In this document: positions 62,111 through 64,000 of the stretch, piece by piece
Layout: each line of letters starts with the position of its first letter
How positions within the stretch are numbered: position 1 is the stretch's first letter
Origin: a virus
Strand: one strand, 5' to 3'
Virus record (IMG/VR): IMGVR_UViG_3300025000_000086
Location: 6,791-70,790 of that record
Length of the DNA: 64,000 nt
Notes under the pieces: model-generated
Databases searched by the model: none
Seen by the model: only the letters and a program-made list of their open reading frames with translations
Told to the model about the DNA's origin: nothing
Position numbers and translations under genes: made by a program

Positions 62111-64000
62111 ACCGAACAACGTAGTTGTAATATAACTTTTTTCATTTTTGGATAAATTTTGAAATTTTTCACCAAGCAAATCCATTACTTTAGCGAAGTC
62201 AAGTAATTGCCCTTGTGAATCTGTTGCTTTAATACCAATTTGTGATAAGGCTGTTACAACTTCATTTAAATTAGTGGAATCCTCTTGATTAAAACCAGTT
62301 TTTTTTATTGATTCATATCTAGAAATTACACTATTTAAACTTCGTCCAATAGTTGACGCACTCTCTCTGGTGATACTAGAAATTGTTGCAAGCCAGCTGG
62401 CACTTTTTTCCAGGGAAATATTACTATTTTCACTCGCGGATGCTACTCTTGTTAACGCTTCTCCAATTTCTGCTGCATCTGAAGCAGTGGTGTCTCCTAA
62501 TGTAGCAAAAACATCTATAATTTTCTGTACACTTTCACCTGTCGCATTTGCTGTTGCAGTAATAATTTTATCACTTTGTTGTAAAGATATTGAACTAATT
62601 TTTGCATATTGAATTATAGATTTCATTCTATTTTCAACATCATTATCATTCAAACCTTGCCTATATAAATTAGCAGAAACAGATGCAATTTCTCTGGTTG
62701 TAGTAGACATTTCTTTACCTAATTGATTGTAAGATTGAGCAAGATTATTTACTTCTTCTTGTGTTTTATTTGTAACAATACGAATCTGATTTAAAGAATT
62801 TTCTAAATCAGAAATGTAAGAAACTCCCAATTGTAGTTGCCTAAAACTCCCATATACTAAATTTGTACTTATCGCCCATATCATTATTTTTTTTGCTGCC
62901 AATTCAACCATTGAAGTAAAACTATAACCATCTCTATTTACATTGCGAAGTTCTCCTGAAACCTGTGCTACTCTAGTTCTCACATTATCCATTTGTGAAG
63001 CATATCTTTGAGCAGATATTTCACCATTTCTAAATTGTCTTTCCATATTCCCAAGAGTACTAACTTCTGAAGAAACTCTTGTATCTGCAAAAACTCTATC
63101 TTTGTTAACTTTTAATCTTTCTAGGGCATTATTTATTTTATTAATTTGTTGTTCTATTTTATCAGCATTGCCAATAATACTAGTATTTGTTTTATGTTCT
63201 TGATTTATAGATGAATAATAATCTTTTTCTGCTTTAGTTAATGCCTGAATTAATCTTGCTCTTTCTTGTAAATCTTTTGTAGATGAACCAGACAATTTAC
63301 CACTATTATACAATTTATTTCCAGCATCCATAAATTCTTTTGCAGAAATAGTTGCCGATCTATACTTAAGTATTAATTTATCTACTTCTCCAATTTCTTT
63401 AATTATAAATGTATTAGTAGACGTAGTTTTAGGTTTAGAAATAGAATTATCAAGTTCTTTCTGTGCTAATTTTAATACTTGCAATAATTTAGATCTTTCT
63501 TTTAAATCAGAATTAGACAAAATACTATTACTAGATAATTTACCATTATTTAATATATCATTGGCAGAATTAATAAAATTCTTTGCAGACATAGTTTGAG
63601 ATTTATATTTAAGAATTAATTGGTCAATTGCATTAATTTCTTTTTTTATTGCTTCAATTTTAGTATTTGAATTTTTAATAACTTTTTCGGCAGATTCTTT
63701 TGAAGCTAATGCTATTTTATTAAATAACATTTCTTCATTTCCATTTTTATCTGTTTTTACATCTACTACAAAATTAATCTTTTCTTTAAGTTTTCTTTTT
63801 ATTTTGTCAACGCTAACTTCAAATTTTTTCAAAGATTCATCTGCACTACTAAATGCTTGTTTAACTTGTACATTCTGCCCCAAATTTTTAAAATGATCTC
63901 TTATTCTATCAAGAGTAGTAATCATTCTATTCATTTCTTTATTTGCTTCATCAAAACTGCCTACTTTAATTGCTTTATTACCAGATTTACTTGCCTTTTC
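62111..64000 (-). CDS. tape measure protein, exon 1 (5' end outside window)
   Basis: TP901-type TMP core (LAQSYNQLGKE, TRESASTIGRSL); frame open to the window end. Confidence 0.9.

Noticed and set aside
1189-62612. Many short antisense or alternate-frame ORFs in the track (e.g. 1906-2157, 5783-6040, 11384-11692, 26161-26430, 41610-41876, 58635-58937)
   Set aside because: They overlap well-supported genes, lack an RBS and have shadow-frame composition
1-64000. CRISPR array, tRNA genes, or reverse transcriptase/DGR
   Set aside because: No regularly spaced repeats, cloverleaf or RT motifs seen by eye; tRNAscan-SE and a CRISPR finder would be needed to exclude them formally
1-64000. Alternative genetic code (stop-codon reassignment)
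   Set aside because: Long conserved genes translate intact in code 11; the breaks seen are explained by the intron or local frameshifts

Overview
64 kb of a very AT-rich, large temperate siphophage of the SPbeta-like type infecting a Bacillota host (probably Clostridia/Paenibacillus-like; inference). Bases 1-22.6 kb (+ strand) form an early/nucleotide-metabolism arm. It carries intein-containing nrdD, nrdG, dUTPase, a phage adenine methylase, pyrB, thyX, a dNMP kinase, a 5'-deoxyribonucleotidase, a solo TnpB and many small ORFs. At about 22.7 kb the strand switches at a candidate intact attP lying between an SprB-like RDF and a large serine recombinase. The rest (- strand) holds a helicase-like gene, a lysis cassette and the tail module (tape measure, Dit, Tal, FN3 and depolymerase-like proteins), interrupted by accessory islands and three free-standing zinc-ribbon/Vsr-like endonuclease genes. 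Main leads: (1) a ~600-nt promoter-driven, multi-pseudoknot ncRNA; (2) a shared three-way-junction/pseudoknot RNA motif in front of all three free-standing endonucleases; (3) a tnpA-less, catalytically intact TnpB whose predicted guide is a nucleoside deoxyribosyltransferase gene fragment; (4) a group I intron with an endonuclease ORF splitting the tape measure gene; (5) a stand-alone mini-paralog of the tape measure C-terminus. All calls come from reading the sequence; no database searches were run.
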